Source of the DNA: Candidatus Fraserbacteria bacterium
GTDB lineage: Bacteria > Bipolaricaulota > Bipolaricaulia > RBG-16-55-9 > JAJCYT01
Reading direction: 5' to 3'
NCBI GenBank assembly: GCA_029262795.1
Contig: JAJCYT010000018.1
Location: 195,762-259,761 of the forward strand
DNA: 64,000 bases
Numbering within the stretch: position 1 is the first letter of the stretch; each line of letters opens with the position of its first letter. Under the pieces are notes generated by a model that saw only the letters and a program-made list of their open reading frames with translations, was not told the origin of the DNA and searched no databases. Positions 27,840-38,675 of this stretch are shown piece by piece. The translations under genes were made by a program, and so were the position numbers.

Positions 27840-30800
27840 TTGAATCCAACCTTAACAATTGAGCCAACAACCGCACGTCAAGGAGAATTGTTCATTGAGC
27901 GGGGAACCGGATATTGTGCTAATACTGTTGCAACTATGTTTATCGGCATACCAAATAGTGCAACTGTCGAACAAAGAGAAATTCAAATTGACCAAAACGG
28001 CGAATTCTATATTCCTTTTGTTGTTCCCTTAAGTTATCCACTCGGGGCAGGCTGGATTGAAGTTGAAGATGTTGGAGGATTTATTAGTCCAAGGATCACA
28101 TTTACAGTCGAGCCAGTTCAAGATTCTCCCGATATTCCTGTGGTATCAAATTGCGATTTTCAGGCTCCCCCTTTGCTTGTATCTGAAGACAATGCTCCAT
28201 TGGGAAATAGAATTCCTTTGATGCTTGTTCACGGAATAACATCTGAGTGTGAACTTGGTGAACTTGAACTAAATAGAGAAGGTTGGAGAGCATTTGTCGA
28301 GTCTTTTTGGAATGAGAGCCTTGATACAAATTTCAAGCTATTTAGATTCAGATATGCAAGCTCCAAACAACACGTAAATCAATCTGCAAAACAATTGAAA
28401 GATGTTATCAATACTGATGCAGAATTATCCCAATCAAACAATATTGTTGTAGTTGCACATAGTATGGGAGGGCTTGTTACGTTAGATTACATGATCAATC
28501 AAGGTCAAGGTGACAAAATACAAAAGCTTATCTCTCTTGCTACCCCATATCAAGGAACCCCATTTGGATCCTTAGTAAAATATTTAAATGCACGCAAGAA
28601 AAGTGAAACACTAAATGACTTTGTAGATCTTTTCTGGCCAAATCTACAAGATATTCTTCAAGTTCTTAGCATTACTCCTCTTGAGCAATTAATTGAAAAT
28701 GCAAATGAGGATCTTAACAATCTTGCCTGGGGTTATGCAGGACTTTCCAATATCACTGATACCTCTTTAGATTCACTAAAATCAATCGGCAATGGAGTTT
28801 ATTCACAAAGGTATCCTATAAATATGGAATCTTATTTCAACAATGGTTATCTTGTTTCTCTTGCTAACAACCTATCAATAGACCATAAAATAAAGGCATA
28901 TTGCGGCAGTATTCCTCCTGATAATGGCTTCGACATATTAAATTCACCATCTCTAATTGATGCACTTGATATGGATCTTGTACAAGACTACTTAGCTGGT
29001 CTATTAAGCTTACTTCCTCAAGAATTTCAAAGCGATGGCATTGTTCCTAGAAGTAGTGCCGAATTTGATGGTCAGGATGTTGAAAGAAGGCTTGAGGGAT
29101 GCTTCCCAAACACTAATCATACAAATATGCCCAGTCATACCCTTGTCATTAATGCTGTATTAGAGGATCTTAGAAGAATTTGGGAGATTAACTCTGAGCC
29201 AATTCTAGTTGAAGTTGATCTTGATCTCGGTGATGGTCCCTTTGAAGTTGGGAAACTAATCAATGGATCTTTTACTATCAAGAATCAGCATACCCAGCCA
29301 ATTACCTTGAATTCCCTAACTGTTGGTGGTCGATATGATCAATTTGGACTCAATGAAATATGGGATTTTCCGCACCGAAAAAACCTGATATTGGATGCAG
29401 GAGCTACTTACACATATATAGATACATTTACTCCAACAAAGGCGGGCGAATATCATTTCTTTGTAGGCTATGAAATTGCTCCAAATCCTTGGAACACCAA
29501 TGTCCCAAACTTATCTGGTAATGTTGTAAATGCCGATATTGTAGTTTCTAATGATGTTGCCTTACCAAAGGCAGATTTAACTGTTGATTCAGTCTTTGCT
29601 CCAACTGTTGCAAAACATGGAGACTCTATTTCCGTATCCTGGAGAGCCAAGAATATAGGAACTACAAGTTCTTCATCTTTTAATAGCTTGATATCTTTAT
29701 CAATACCTCCATTTGGCACCACATATCCTCTTGGTACTTTTTCATCTAATTCCATAGGCGCAGGAGGAAACAGCAATGAGACGCAAACCATGCAGATTCC
29801 AAACAACATTCCTCCAGGCGATTATTACGTTACCGTGTTTGTGGACAGTTTGGATGCCGTTATGGAAGGGAATGAAAATAACAACATCAATAAGGCATCA
29901 AATAGAATTGCTATTATCTCCAACCAACCTGTAGCAGAACCATTTATTACGTTCCAGAAAACCCTTCGTCCATCATCTGATCCTCTGTGTAACGGTGAAA
30001 TTGCTTGTGGTCCTCAAATTGATTTAACAAGTTCTGACCCTACAGATGGATCAAGAGATGTGATCTTTCGACTAGAGGTGACCAATACAGGCGGTGCAGC
30101 AGCCACCTTTAGTTTGCTGGATCCACTTGGGAATGGCGATTTTGTTTGTGTGGAAGCAGCACAAAACCCAATGGCTGCTTGTAACATCAATAGCAATGAA
30201 TTGCGAATAGAAAGCCAAGTGGTTCAACCAAATTCGATCTGGTTTTATGATTTTCGAGCAAGATATGTGGGCAGCACTCAGGCAGATGGTGCAGTAATTC
30301 CGAATACAGCTGAAATCATTTGGATTGACAATTATTACGATGCAGCATTAGGCATTGACAATGGCCGACATGGGGCATTGTCCGATTTTGAAGATACGTT
30401 TTTGAGTAACCCTTCGGTCAATCATGTAGGTGGAATAACTTTTAGCAGCAATCCTTCTGGAAGAACACTCACTGTACAAGGCCAAACGGTTCAAACCCCT
30501 TACACGTTAGAGTGTAATCCTGGATCATTGGTTTCAGCCTCTACCAATCTTACTCAAACAGCACCCAGTCATGGCCGATATAGTTTCCGCAACTGGAGCA
30601 ATGGCAGTTTCCTTCAAAGTCTGTCAATAACATGCCCAAATGGAGGAACAACCATGACAGCTATTTATGATCTCCAGTATCAATTGATTACATCAGCCGC
30701 ACCCAATGGAACAGGCAATGTTTCTTTGAATCCTGCAATAGTTGGAAATTGGTACAATGTCGGCAGCTCAGCTCAGCTCACACCAAATCCTATCAACGGG

Positions 30801-33800
30801 CAAGAGTTCTCACATTGGAGCGATGATTGTTCAGGTACAATTCAAATTTTCACTATAACAATCACTAAGCGAATACTTTGCACAGCCAATTTCATTTTAA
30901 TGGAACCAGATTCACCATCATTGTCTGCGACTGCGATATTTACGCATCAAATCAACCTGAATTGGACAAGCATACCGGGAGCGAGTAGCTATACTATTGA
31001 ACGCAAAGATCCAGGCAGTGAGTATCTAGCCCTCTCTATGGTGAGTTCTACAAGCTATGTTGATAATTCACCTGGCCGCCCATTATTGACAAACGCTGAA
31101 TATTGCTACCGTGTTCGACCACAAGGATTTTCTCCACCAGCACCTTATTCCAATGAATACTGTCTTTATACAAGAGCTGCGACTCCAAATGCGCCTACAG
31201 TGTCCAGTCCATCTGCTATCACTTTATTTGTCACAGTCAATCCTGGGAACAACCCTACCAACACATGGTTTGCGTTGTTCAATGAAACAGCCAATTACTA
31301 TGTTTCCGGCGGTGGCGAAAACAATGGCATGAATCCGTATTGGCTTCCAGCAGCAAATTGGGGTACCACTCTGGTGCGTGCTCTGAACTCAAATACCACC
31401 TATCGATTCAAGGTGAAGGCTAGAAATGGCTCAGGCATTGAAACAGGATTTGGCCCAACAGGTTCAGGAACCACAGCCACAGGCATTACAAAACCAACCA
31501 ATATTGCTCCAGCTCACAATGCGACAGGTGTTTCATTCACCGCAACGCTCCAAGCATCAGTATTTAATGCACCACACACATTGACTCATTCGGCAACACG
31601 ATGGCAGATTCGCATAAACAGTGGAAGTTTCGATGAACCACTTTGGGACAGCCATGAATTCAATGAGAATTTGACGAGTCGAACAGTCCCTAGCCATATT
31701 TTGGAAGGTAACACAATTTATTGGTGGCGAGTCAGCTACCGTGCCTTTGATCAGAATAACACCAAAGTTTGGTCGCCTTGGTCAGATGAAACAAAGTTCA
31801 CCACTGTTGGAGCGCCTATTGGTGGAAATGTCAATCTTGCCAACACGCCATGTCCAACCTATCGCTGCAACTTAGAACGAAATGGTTTAAGCTCATATAT
31901 CGGCCCAGAAAATCCCACTCAGAAATGGAAAACCTCCATCAGGGGCGGCTTTGAAAGCCCTGTTATTGGGCTGAATGGTGAAATTTATTACACCTATGAC
32001 AATCGTCTAAGAAAAATTGATCAAGAAACTGGGAATGAAATTGCCAACTATTTGTCAGGTGATATCAGCGGAATTGCAGCTGCCACGCTTCGAGGCGATG
32101 GATTAATTTATGTATCTTCCCTTAATGAGCAACTAACTGGCACAACCAGTGCGGGGGATGTTGTCATTCAAACATCTTTAGTTGGACGACCTGACAACTC
32201 ATCACCTGCTATCGGAAGTGATGGAACTGTTTATGTTGTTACAAATCAGGGAACTTTGTATTTTATTACTCCATCTGGCGGAATTATTCGAACCAAGTCG
32301 CACAACCCAACATCAACTTCTCCCACATTGGGAACTGATGGAACCATCTATGTTCTTTCCCTTCGTGCATCAATCGAGAATGGAAAACTATATGCTTATA
32401 ATCCCAATGGTAGTCTGAAATGGGCATTTGATACAGGCGGAACAGCTCTTAATCAAAGCACACCCGCTGTTGGTCCTGATGGAACCATTCACTTTATAGG
32501 CCGAAAAGGCTTCGGTGATTATGGGATTTTTGCCGTTCGCTCTGATGGAACAGAGAAGTGGTTCAGACCATTGTCTGATTCTATAGGCACAGGGTCACCA
32601 GCAGTTGGGCCTGATGGCACGGTCTACTTTACAGCAGGTGACCTTAAGCTCTATGCACTGAACTCAGCAAATGGTAATACAATTTGGACTCATCCTTTGC
32701 CCTCATTCCCTTGGGGGGCACCTGCTATTGATGCGAATGGCACTATATATGCAACTGGTGGTGCTACTTTGCTTGCTGTGAATCCAAATGGAACTAAAAA
32801 GTGGGAGATCACACTTGACGGAAATATCTATGCATCACCTGTAATAGATCAAGATGGCACATTGTATATTGCAACGACTTCTGACTCGCTATATGCGTTT
32901 GAGAATTCAGGCAGCTCAGGTCAACAATTCACCCTGACTGTTGGCAACAATGGCAGTGGCACTGTGACCAGCAGTGATGGTTTCATCAATTGCGGTAGCA
33001 GTTGTCAAAAATCCTATGATAGTGGAACCACTGTTGTTTTGACACCAACGCCAAGCAGTGGATACACCTTCTCGCACTGGAGTGGAGATGCAGACTGTGA
33101 CGATAACCAAGTATCCATAACTGCCAATCGCACTTGTACCGCACATTTCACAATCAATTCTTACAATGTCACCGTGAATGTGGTTGGTTCAGGTAGTATT
33201 TCTTTCTCTCCTCCAGGTACAAATTGTGGCTCCAATTGCCGCACTTATGATGCAGGCACACAGGTTACTATTACAGCCAGTCCAAGTTCAGGTTATGAGT
33301 TTAGCAATTGGCCTCCAGTTGGGTGTGATTCAATCAATGGAAATCGCTGTACCACAACAGTGAATGGCAGTATCACGACTACGGCAACTTTTGTTCAGAT
33401 TTCTAACGCATCATCAAAAATCGTCTTTGACTCTCAAAGGGATGGGAATAGAGAAATTTATGCAATGAACTCAGATGGCACTAACCAAACTCGTTTAACC
33501 AGCAATAATGACTTTGATGGCGATCCTGTTTGGTCGCCAGATGGTTCGAAGATTGCTTTTATTTCGGATAGAGATGGAAATAGAGAAGTCTATGTGATGA
33601 ACGCCAATGGCACGAATCCAACTCGTCTCACGAACACTAGCGCCTTTGAGGGTAGCCCAGCATGGTCACCCGATGGAATCAAGATCGCATTCATTTCGGC
33701 AAGAGATGGGAACAATGAAGTCTATGTGATGAATGCCAATGGCTCTAACCAAACTCGATTCACTAGCAACAATGTTTTTGAGGGAGATCCAGACTGGTCA

Positions 33801-36800
33801 CCTGATGGTACTAAGATTCTCTTTGAGTCTGAGCGAGATGGAAATAGAGAAATCTATGTGATGAACGCCAATGGCACCAGTCAAATCAATTTGACTAACC
33901 ACAGTGGCTTGGATAGTAATCCAGACTGGTCACCTGATGGTACTAAGATTGCATTTCAGACAAATCGAGATGGAAACTTGGATGTCTATGTGATGAATGC
34001 CAACGGCTCAAGTCAAATTCAATTAACAACCAATTCAACTGGAGATGGGAATCCTTCTTGGTCTCCAAATGGAAGTCAAATTGCTTTCCACTCTGATCGT
34101 GATGGTGACACAGAGATTTTTGTTATGGGTGCAGGTGGGACTAATCAAACTCCATTGACGAACAACACCGCCTCAGATACAGCTCCAGACTGGACTTTGG
34201 GAGTATTGTCCGTTCCACCGCCTGCAACAGGTTTGGTTGGTGAATGGAACTTTGACGAAGCATCAGGATCCACTGCCTTGGACACATCTGGAAACAGCAA
34301 CCATGGAAGTTTCAGAAATGGAGCATCCTATACTACAGGTGTTAACGGAACTGCTTTGTTGCTTGATGGTGTAAATGATCTTGTACGTGTTGAAGATGCT
34401 CCAAGCCTAGATTTTGGGACAGGCGATTTCTCGCTTTCGGTATGGGTGAAAACAACGGCCAGTGGCAGGATGGACATCATCGGCAACAATTGGGGGTCAA
34501 GCACGGCTATTGAATTACATCTCTTTGACGAAGGCAAAGTCACCTTCCTTGGTATTGTTTCTGCTGTAGGAATATCTATTGCTGCTGACAATAAGCCCAT
34601 TAATGATGGTAAGTGGCATCATCTTGTTGCGGTGAAGGATTCTGCAAATTCAGTTGGAAGAATCTATGTGGATGGTGCATTGATTGCTAATGGCTCAGAT
34701 CAGGGTGCAACATTGAACCCTCCACAAGCATGGGCTATTGGTGCGAGAATGAATAATGGTGCATCTTCTCAAAGCCATTTCTTTAATGGCTCTATTGACG
34801 AATTAAAGATGTACAATCGCGCTTTAACTGCTCAGGAAATTCTGAATCAATGTAATGCTGTTAAACCACCCGAATTAATTTGTAGTTCATCTCCTCCACC
34901 TCCTGACCCTGCTCCAAGTCTGCCGTTCTTTGATGATTTTGAAGATGGCGACGCAAGTGATTGGACAGTCCTCGTCAAAGGTGGCGCCGCTGGACACAAT
35001 CACGGTTCACCTTCTCAAGAAGTAGAATCTTTTGGTGGATCTTATGTCTACAGTATGCAGGGAGGGGCATTCGTAGGTGGTGGCGGTGGTCGTATAGCGA
35101 TGAACGGTTCGACTGCTTGGACTGACTATACCCTCACCGCAGAAATGGAAATCATTGATACTCGTCATGGAGGAAGCCATCATGGCATAGCCGTACGTAC
35201 AAATCCCTCCAATACTTCGTACTATTCCTGCTATGTATCACACGATATCGGTGGAATCTTTGGCGGTGTTCCGTCACTCAAGGCGCTTGGCTTAGAGCGT
35301 CATGATTCAACTGAATCGTCAGTTCAGCTTGCGAACACTACAACGACTGCGGTTGGATTAACTATAGGCTACAACCAGAAAATCCTGATAAAAATGCAGG
35401 TTGAAGGCAGTCGTATTCGCTGCTGGTTTGACAATGTGCTTTTGTTCGATGAAGTTGATACAACATATCCTTCTGGAGGAATTGGTCTCGATACAGGTAG
35501 CGGTCATAATCACTATGACAATATCAGCGTTACAGAAATAAGTGGTCCGCCACCGCCACCTCCATCAGATTTGATTGCAGAATGGAAGTTTAATGAATCT
35601 TCTGGAACAACAGCTCAAGACTCATCGGGCAATGGGCATCATGGTCAACTATTCAATGGTGCCACTTTTGCTACTGGTGTTTCTGGAAATGCGTTGCAAT
35701 TAGATGGCCAAAATGACTATGTCTTGATACCAGATCACAATGATTTTGACATAACAAACCTGACGATTGAAGGCTGGATTCTCTATAACCAGATAAGACC
35801 TTCACCAAATGGCAACCAAGGGATTTTGAACAAATACCGTACTGACCAATCTAGTGAAAGTGGCTACGAAGCCTTCATCCGTGCCGGAGACGGCTATCTG
35901 GACTCAGGCTTTAAAGACAATTCTGGCAATGTAGCTGGAACGGCAGGTCCATCAACAGAAGGGCAATGGCAACATTTCGCATTCACTTATGATGGGGCAA
36001 CGGCAAGGCTCTTTGTCAATGGCGAGTTGATCAACAGCAGCGATAAGTCAATTACCATGTCAGGCAACAATCTAGATATGCTGGTTGGTGTGCTACGAGA
36101 TCAGGCCTCTAGTGTTCATCGTTATCTTGGAGGCAAGTTAGATGAACTTCGCCTATATAACAAAGCTTTAACAGGACAAGAAGTACTCGCTCGATGTAAT
36201 GCCAATAAACCCAATGAAGTTACTTGTGGAACTTCTTCACCATCTGATCCAGTCTTAACAATCGTTAAAGCTGGAAATGGTGCTGGGTTGGTGACTAGTG
36301 ATCCTTCTGGCATTGATTGTGGCGAAACTTGCGAAAAGGATTTCTCATCTGGCACAGATATAACTTTAAATCCTCAGCCAAATGCCAATGTGGTTTTCGC
36401 GGGTTGGAGTGGAGACTCAGGTTGCTCCAGTGGATCCTTTACACTCACATCCAACCTCACCTGTATTGCAACCTTCAACTCAGCGAGTGCCAGCCCAACA
36501 TCCTTGCTGCTTTCGGCTAGTAAGCGCAGTGTTATTGTGGGTAACACAGTGACCATAACAGCATCTGTCAGAGCCAATGGGAACCCTGTTGAAGATGGAA
36601 CACTCGTTGCCTTTGTGACCAAGTATGGTCTGTTTGCCAACGGTACAAGGAGCATCAATGCTCTTACAGAAAGTGGATCAGTCAGTGTTAGCTTTACGGC
36701 TAGAAAGGCCGATGCCATTACAGTATTAGCAACAGTTGGCACTGGTGCGGTTAAGGACACAATCACCGTATTCTTTAATAAATCTGGTGTTGAAGCAGAT

Positions 36801-38441
36801 CATATCACAGATCGAGACATTGATGGTGATCACAAGATGGATTTTATGAATCTTGGAGTGCCTGGGTTGAAGCGCGTGACGATAGACAATGAGTCAGGCG
36901 AACGGACCCTGACTGTTGCAAAATTCGATGATAATCCAGCAGAGGCGTCCTTTATTGCATCTGGCGGTTTCTTTGATGTTCACTTAGATGAAGCTTCCGG
37001 CGTTAATAGCGTAGAAATTGAATTTTGTCCGGCTGAATCTGGAGAGCTTGTGTACTTCTGGGATGGAGACAGTTGGACGCCCGTTTCAGATCAAGAATTT
37101 GTTGATGGCTGTATTATCGTAATGATCACAGATTCCACTTTCCCAACTTTAGAGGATTTGGAGGGCCAGTTCTTTGGAATCGGTGTGCCTTCGACAACGG
37201 GTGGCGATCCGCCAATCTGGGAAAATATTATGGCCTTCCCCACTCCAGAAAAAGCACTAGGTGAAGATCTAAATCTGGATGGCGATATTTTAGATACGGT
37301 CTTGCGATATAAAGATCTGGACACAAATGAAGTGTTCAATACAGGTATTGCTGTTTCCAGTCGGCATCGAGATGTTGATATTTATGAAGACACAATTGTG
37401 TTCGTAGAGGAATCACAATATCGAGCCAATGTTATCAGCACCTACAACGTAAAGACCAAAGTTGTCACTCGGACAGGCATCATCGGCTATCGGCCAACTA
37501 TTTATGGCAGTATTCTTTCGGTATCTGGCGATACCATCCGATTCTATGATTTGAACACAAAAGAGTTTGTTGAAACAGGTATTCCTGGACAGGCTCAAGC
37601 AATTTGGGGCAATGTGATTGCTTATCATCGTACGGCAATAAAAGGCCATCATCCCACCATTCGCTACTATGACACTGAGCGCAAAAAAGTTCTTAATACA
37701 AAGGTTGCTGGAATATTCCCTGCTATTTATGAAAACGTCATCGCCTTCACAACCCTAGAAGACATGATTGATGAAGACCTGAATGGAGATGGTGATACGA
37801 AAGACTCAGTGGTTCGTTATTATGATCTCAATTCCTTAACACTGCACAATACACGTCAAGTTGGTGCTTATCCTGCCATTTTTGAGAATCACATCGTTTT
37901 TACAACTAACAAGGAAATCCGATATTTCGACATTGAGTTACAACAGGTATTTGGTACAGGGAAACTCGGCACTGAGCCTGATATTTACGGAAATACTATT
38001 ACTTACTACTTGTGGGAGAAATGGCCACTTGAAGATTTGAACGATGATGGTGATCAAAGTGATCCGATAGTGAGGACATACGAAATTTCCGCTCAGAAAG
38101 CAGCTAGTGAATCTCAACCTTCAACTGATCTTCCATTGAGCATAGAACCTCTAAGTATTAGTAAGTTATTAGGGTATCCTAATCCTGTATTAGCAAGCCA
38201 GGTTGTTACATTTGTTGCTGAGGGTAGTGGGATCAAAGAAATGAACGTGAGTGTTTATGATCTAAGTGGACAAAAAGTATTCGACAGCGGCTTCAGTCCA
38301 CAAAAGTCCCTTATTTGGGATACGCTAAATAATAACGGCCAAAAGGTTGCAAATGGTGTCTACCTTTACTTGATTACAGTGAAAGGATCTGAAGATCAAG
38401 TTGTTAGAAGCAAGATTAGGAAACTTGTAATTCTACGATGA
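27840..38441 (+). CDS. giant (3533 aa) multidomain surface/secreted protein with T9SS C-terminal sorting domain
   Basis: Domains read from translation in N-to-C order: alpha/beta-hydrolase with lipase GxSxG (VVAHSMGG) / CARDB-like / Fn3-like / PQQ-type beta-propeller repeats (DGTIY..) / three InlB-B-like repeats / six tandem PD40 (TolB-like) repeats / two LamG-like (LamG_3) domains / DUF1080-like jellyroll / Big-like / C-terminal YPNP...VYDLSGQKV...ANGVYLYLITV...KLVIL = Por/T9SS CTD. TTG start with a stop 12 nt upstream and no signal peptide. Confidence 0.8.
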   Translation: MNPTLTIEPTTARQGELFIERGTGYCANTVATMFIGIPNSATVEQREIQIDQNGEFYIPFVVPLSYPLGAGWIEVEDVGGFISPRITFTVEPVQDSPDIPVVSNCDFQAPPLLVSEDNAPLGNRIPLMLVHGITSECELGELELNREGWRAFVESFWNESLDTNFKLFRFRYASSKQHVNQSAKQLKDVINTDAELSQSNNIVVVAHSMGGLVTLDYMINQGQGDKIQKLISLATPYQGTPFGSLVKYLNARKKSETLNDFVDLFWPNLQDILQVLSITPLEQLIENANEDLNNLAWGYAGLSNITDTSLDSLKSIGNGVYSQRYPINMESYFNNGYLVSLANNLSIDHKIKAYCGSIPPDNGFDILNSPSLIDALDMDLVQDYLAGLLSLLPQEFQSDGIVPRSSAEFDGQDVERRLEGCFPNTNHTNMPSHTLVINAVLEDLRRIWEINSEPILVEVDLDLGDGPFEVGKLINGSFTIKNQHTQPITLNSLTVGGRYDQFGLNEIWDFPHRKNLILDAGATYTYIDTFTPTKAGEYHFFVGYEIAPNPWNTNVPNLSGNVVNADIVVSNDVALPKADLTVDSVFAPTVAKHGDSISVSWRAKNIGTTSSSSFNSLISLSIPPFGTTYPLGTFSSNSIGAGGNSNETQTMQIPNNIPPGDYYVTVFVDSLDAVMEGNENNNINKASNRIAIISNQPVAEPFITFQKTLRPSSDPLCNGEIACGPQIDLTSSDPTDGSRDVIFRLEVTNTGGAAATFSLLDPLGNGDFVCVEAAQNPMAACNINSNELRIESQVVQPNSIWFYDFRARYVGSTQADGAVIPNTAEIIWIDNYYDAALGIDNGRHGALSDFEDTFLSNPSVNHVGGITFSSNPSGRTLTVQGQTVQTPYTLECNPGSLVSASTNLTQTAPSHGRYSFRNWSNGSFLQSLSITCPNGGTTMTAIYDLQYQLITSAAPNGTGNVSLNPAIVGNWYNVGSSAQLTPNPINGQEFSHWSDDCSGTIQIFTITITKRILCTANFILMEPDSPSLSATAIFTHQINLNWTSIPGASSYTIERKDPGSEYLALSMVSSTSYVDNSPGRPLLTNAEYCYRVRPQGFSPPAPYSNEYCLYTRAATPNAPTVSSPSAITLFVTVNPGNNPTNTWFALFNETANYYVSGGGENNGMNPYWLPAANWGTTLVRALNSNTTYRFKVKARNGSGIETGFGPTGSGTTATGITKPTNIAPAHNATGVSFTATLQASVFNAPHTLTHSATRWQIRINSGSFDEPLWDSHEFNENLTSRTVPSHILEGNTIYWWRVSYRAFDQNNTKVWSPWSDETKFTTVGAPIGGNVNLANTPCPTYRCNLERNGLSSYIGPENPTQKWKTSIRGGFESPVIGLNGEIYYTYDNRLRKIDQETGNEIANYLSGDISGIAAATLRGDGLIYVSSLNEQLTGTTSAGDVVIQTSLVGRPDNSSPAIGSDGTVYVVTNQGTLYFITPSGGIIRTKSHNPTSTSPTLGTDGTIYVLSLRASIENGKLYAYNPNGSLKWAFDTGGTALNQSTPAVGPDGTIHFIGRKGFGDYGIFAVRSDGTEKWFRPLSDSIGTGSPAVGPDGTVYFTAGDLKLYALNSANGNTIWTHPLPSFPWGAPAIDANGTIYATGGATLLAVNPNGTKKWEITLDGNIYASPVIDQDGTLYIATTSDSLYAFENSGSSGQQFTLTVGNNGSGTVTSSDGFINCGSSCQKSYDSGTTVVLTPTPSSGYTFSHWSGDADCDDNQVSITANRTCTAHFTINSYNVTVNVVGSGSISFSPPGTNCGSNCRTYDAGTQVTITASPSSGYEFSNWPPVGCDSINGNRCTTTVNGSITTTATFVQISNASSKIVFDSQRDGNREIYAMNSDGTNQTRLTSNNDFDGDPVWSPDGSKIAFISDRDGNREVYVMNANGTNPTRLTNTSAFEGSPAWSPDGIKIAFISARDGNNEVYVMNANGSNQTRFTSNNVFEGDPDWSPDGTKILFESERDGNREIYVMNANGTSQINLTNHSGLDSNPDWSPDGTKIAFQTNRDGNLDVYVMNANGSSQIQLTTNSTGDGNPSWSPNGSQIAFHSDRDGDTEIFVMGAGGTNQTPLTNNTASDTAPDWTLGVLSVPPPATGLVGEWNFDEASGSTALDTSGNSNHGSFRNGASYTTGVNGTALLLDGVNDLVRVEDAPSLDFGTGDFSLSVWVKTTASGRMDIIGNNWGSSTAIELHLFDEGKVTFLGIVSAVGISIAADNKPINDGKWHHLVAVKDSANSVGRIYVDGALIANGSDQGATLNPPQAWAIGARMNNGASSQSHFFNGSIDELKMYNRALTAQEILNQCNAVKPPELICSSSPPPPDPAPSLPFFDDFEDGDASDWTVLVKGGAAGHNHGSPSQEVESFGGSYVYSMQGGAFVGGGGGRIAMNGSTAWTDYTLTAEMEIIDTRHGGSHHGIAVRTNPSNTSYYSCYVSHDIGGIFGGVPSLKALGLERHDSTESSVQLANTTTTAVGLTIGYNQKILIKMQVEGSRIRCWFDNVLLFDEVDTTYPSGGIGLDTGSGHNHYDNISVTEISGPPPPPPSDLIAEWKFNESSGTTAQDSSGNGHHGQLFNGATFATGVSGNALQLDGQNDYVLIPDHNDFDITNLTIEGWILYNQIRPSPNGNQGILNKYRTDQSSESGYEAFIRAGDGYLDSGFKDNSGNVAGTAGPSTEGQWQHFAFTYDGATARLFVNGELINSSDKSITMSGNNLDMLVGVLRDQASSVHRYLGGKLDELRLYNKALTGQEVLARCNANKPNEVTCGTSSPSDPVLTIVKAGNGAGLVTSDPSGIDCGETCEKDFSSGTDITLNPQPNANVVFAGWSGDSGCSSGSFTLTSNLTCIATFNSASASPTSLLLSASKRSVIVGNTVTITASVRANGNPVEDGTLVAFVTKYGLFANGTRSINALTESGSVSVSFTARKADAITVLATVGTGAVKDTITVFFNKSGVEADHITDRDIDGDHKMDFMNLGVPGLKRVTIDNESGERTLTVAKFDDNPAEASFIASGGFFDVHLDEASGVNSVEIEFCPAESGELVYFWDGDSWTPVSDQEFVDGCIIVMITDSTFPTLEDLEGQFFGIGVPSTTGGDPPIWENIMAFPTPEKALGEDLNLDGDILDTVLRYKDLDTNEVFNTGIAVSSRHRDVDIYEDTIVFVEESQYRANVISTYNVKTKVVTRTGIIGYRPTIYGSILSVSGDTIRFYDLNTKEFVETGIPGQAQAIWGNVIAYHRTAIKGHHPTIRYYDTERKKVLNTKVAGIFPAIYENVIAFTTLEDMIDEDLNGDGDTKDSVVRYYDLNSLTLHNTRQVGAYPAIFENHIVFTTNKEIRYFDIELQQVFGTGKLGTEPDIYGNTITYYLWEKWPLEDLNDDGDQSDPIVRTYEISAQKAASESQPSTDLPLSIEPLSISKLLGYPNPVLASQVVTFVAEGSGIKEMNVSVYDLSGQKVFDSGFSPQKSLIWDTLNNNGQKVANGVYLYLITVKGSEDQVVRSKIRKLVILR
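33421..34190 (+). repeat. six tandem ~132-bp (44-aa) PD40 beta-propeller-blade repeats inside the giant gene
   Basis: Repeated R[DE]GN.E[VI]YVMNANG[TS]NQT.LT...F.GDP.WSPDG.KIAF units with strong nt similarity. Confidence 0.7.
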
Positions 38442-38675
38442 TATAGCCATTCGCCTAGCTTGAAACCATAGCCAACATTGGCATATTTAGATTTGGTCTA
38501 AATTTTTTCGCCCGCCCTAGGGCGATTATTAAATATGATTCTAGATCCATATTATTAGCATATACTTTTATTCTAAGATGGTTGAGTTAAATCGTAGCAT
38601 GGGATGTTATGATTGGAGTTCGTAATATTATTGGATAGTATTTACAGATCCTTACTCCAAAACAAAGGGTAAACA

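Noticed and set aside
27840-38441. Numerous 60 to 130-aa ORFs on the opposite strand inside the giant gene (for example 29468..29809, 36374..36766)
   Set aside because: All are embedded in a continuous 10.6-kb coding frame with recognisable domains on the plus strand. They are antisense shadow ORFs.
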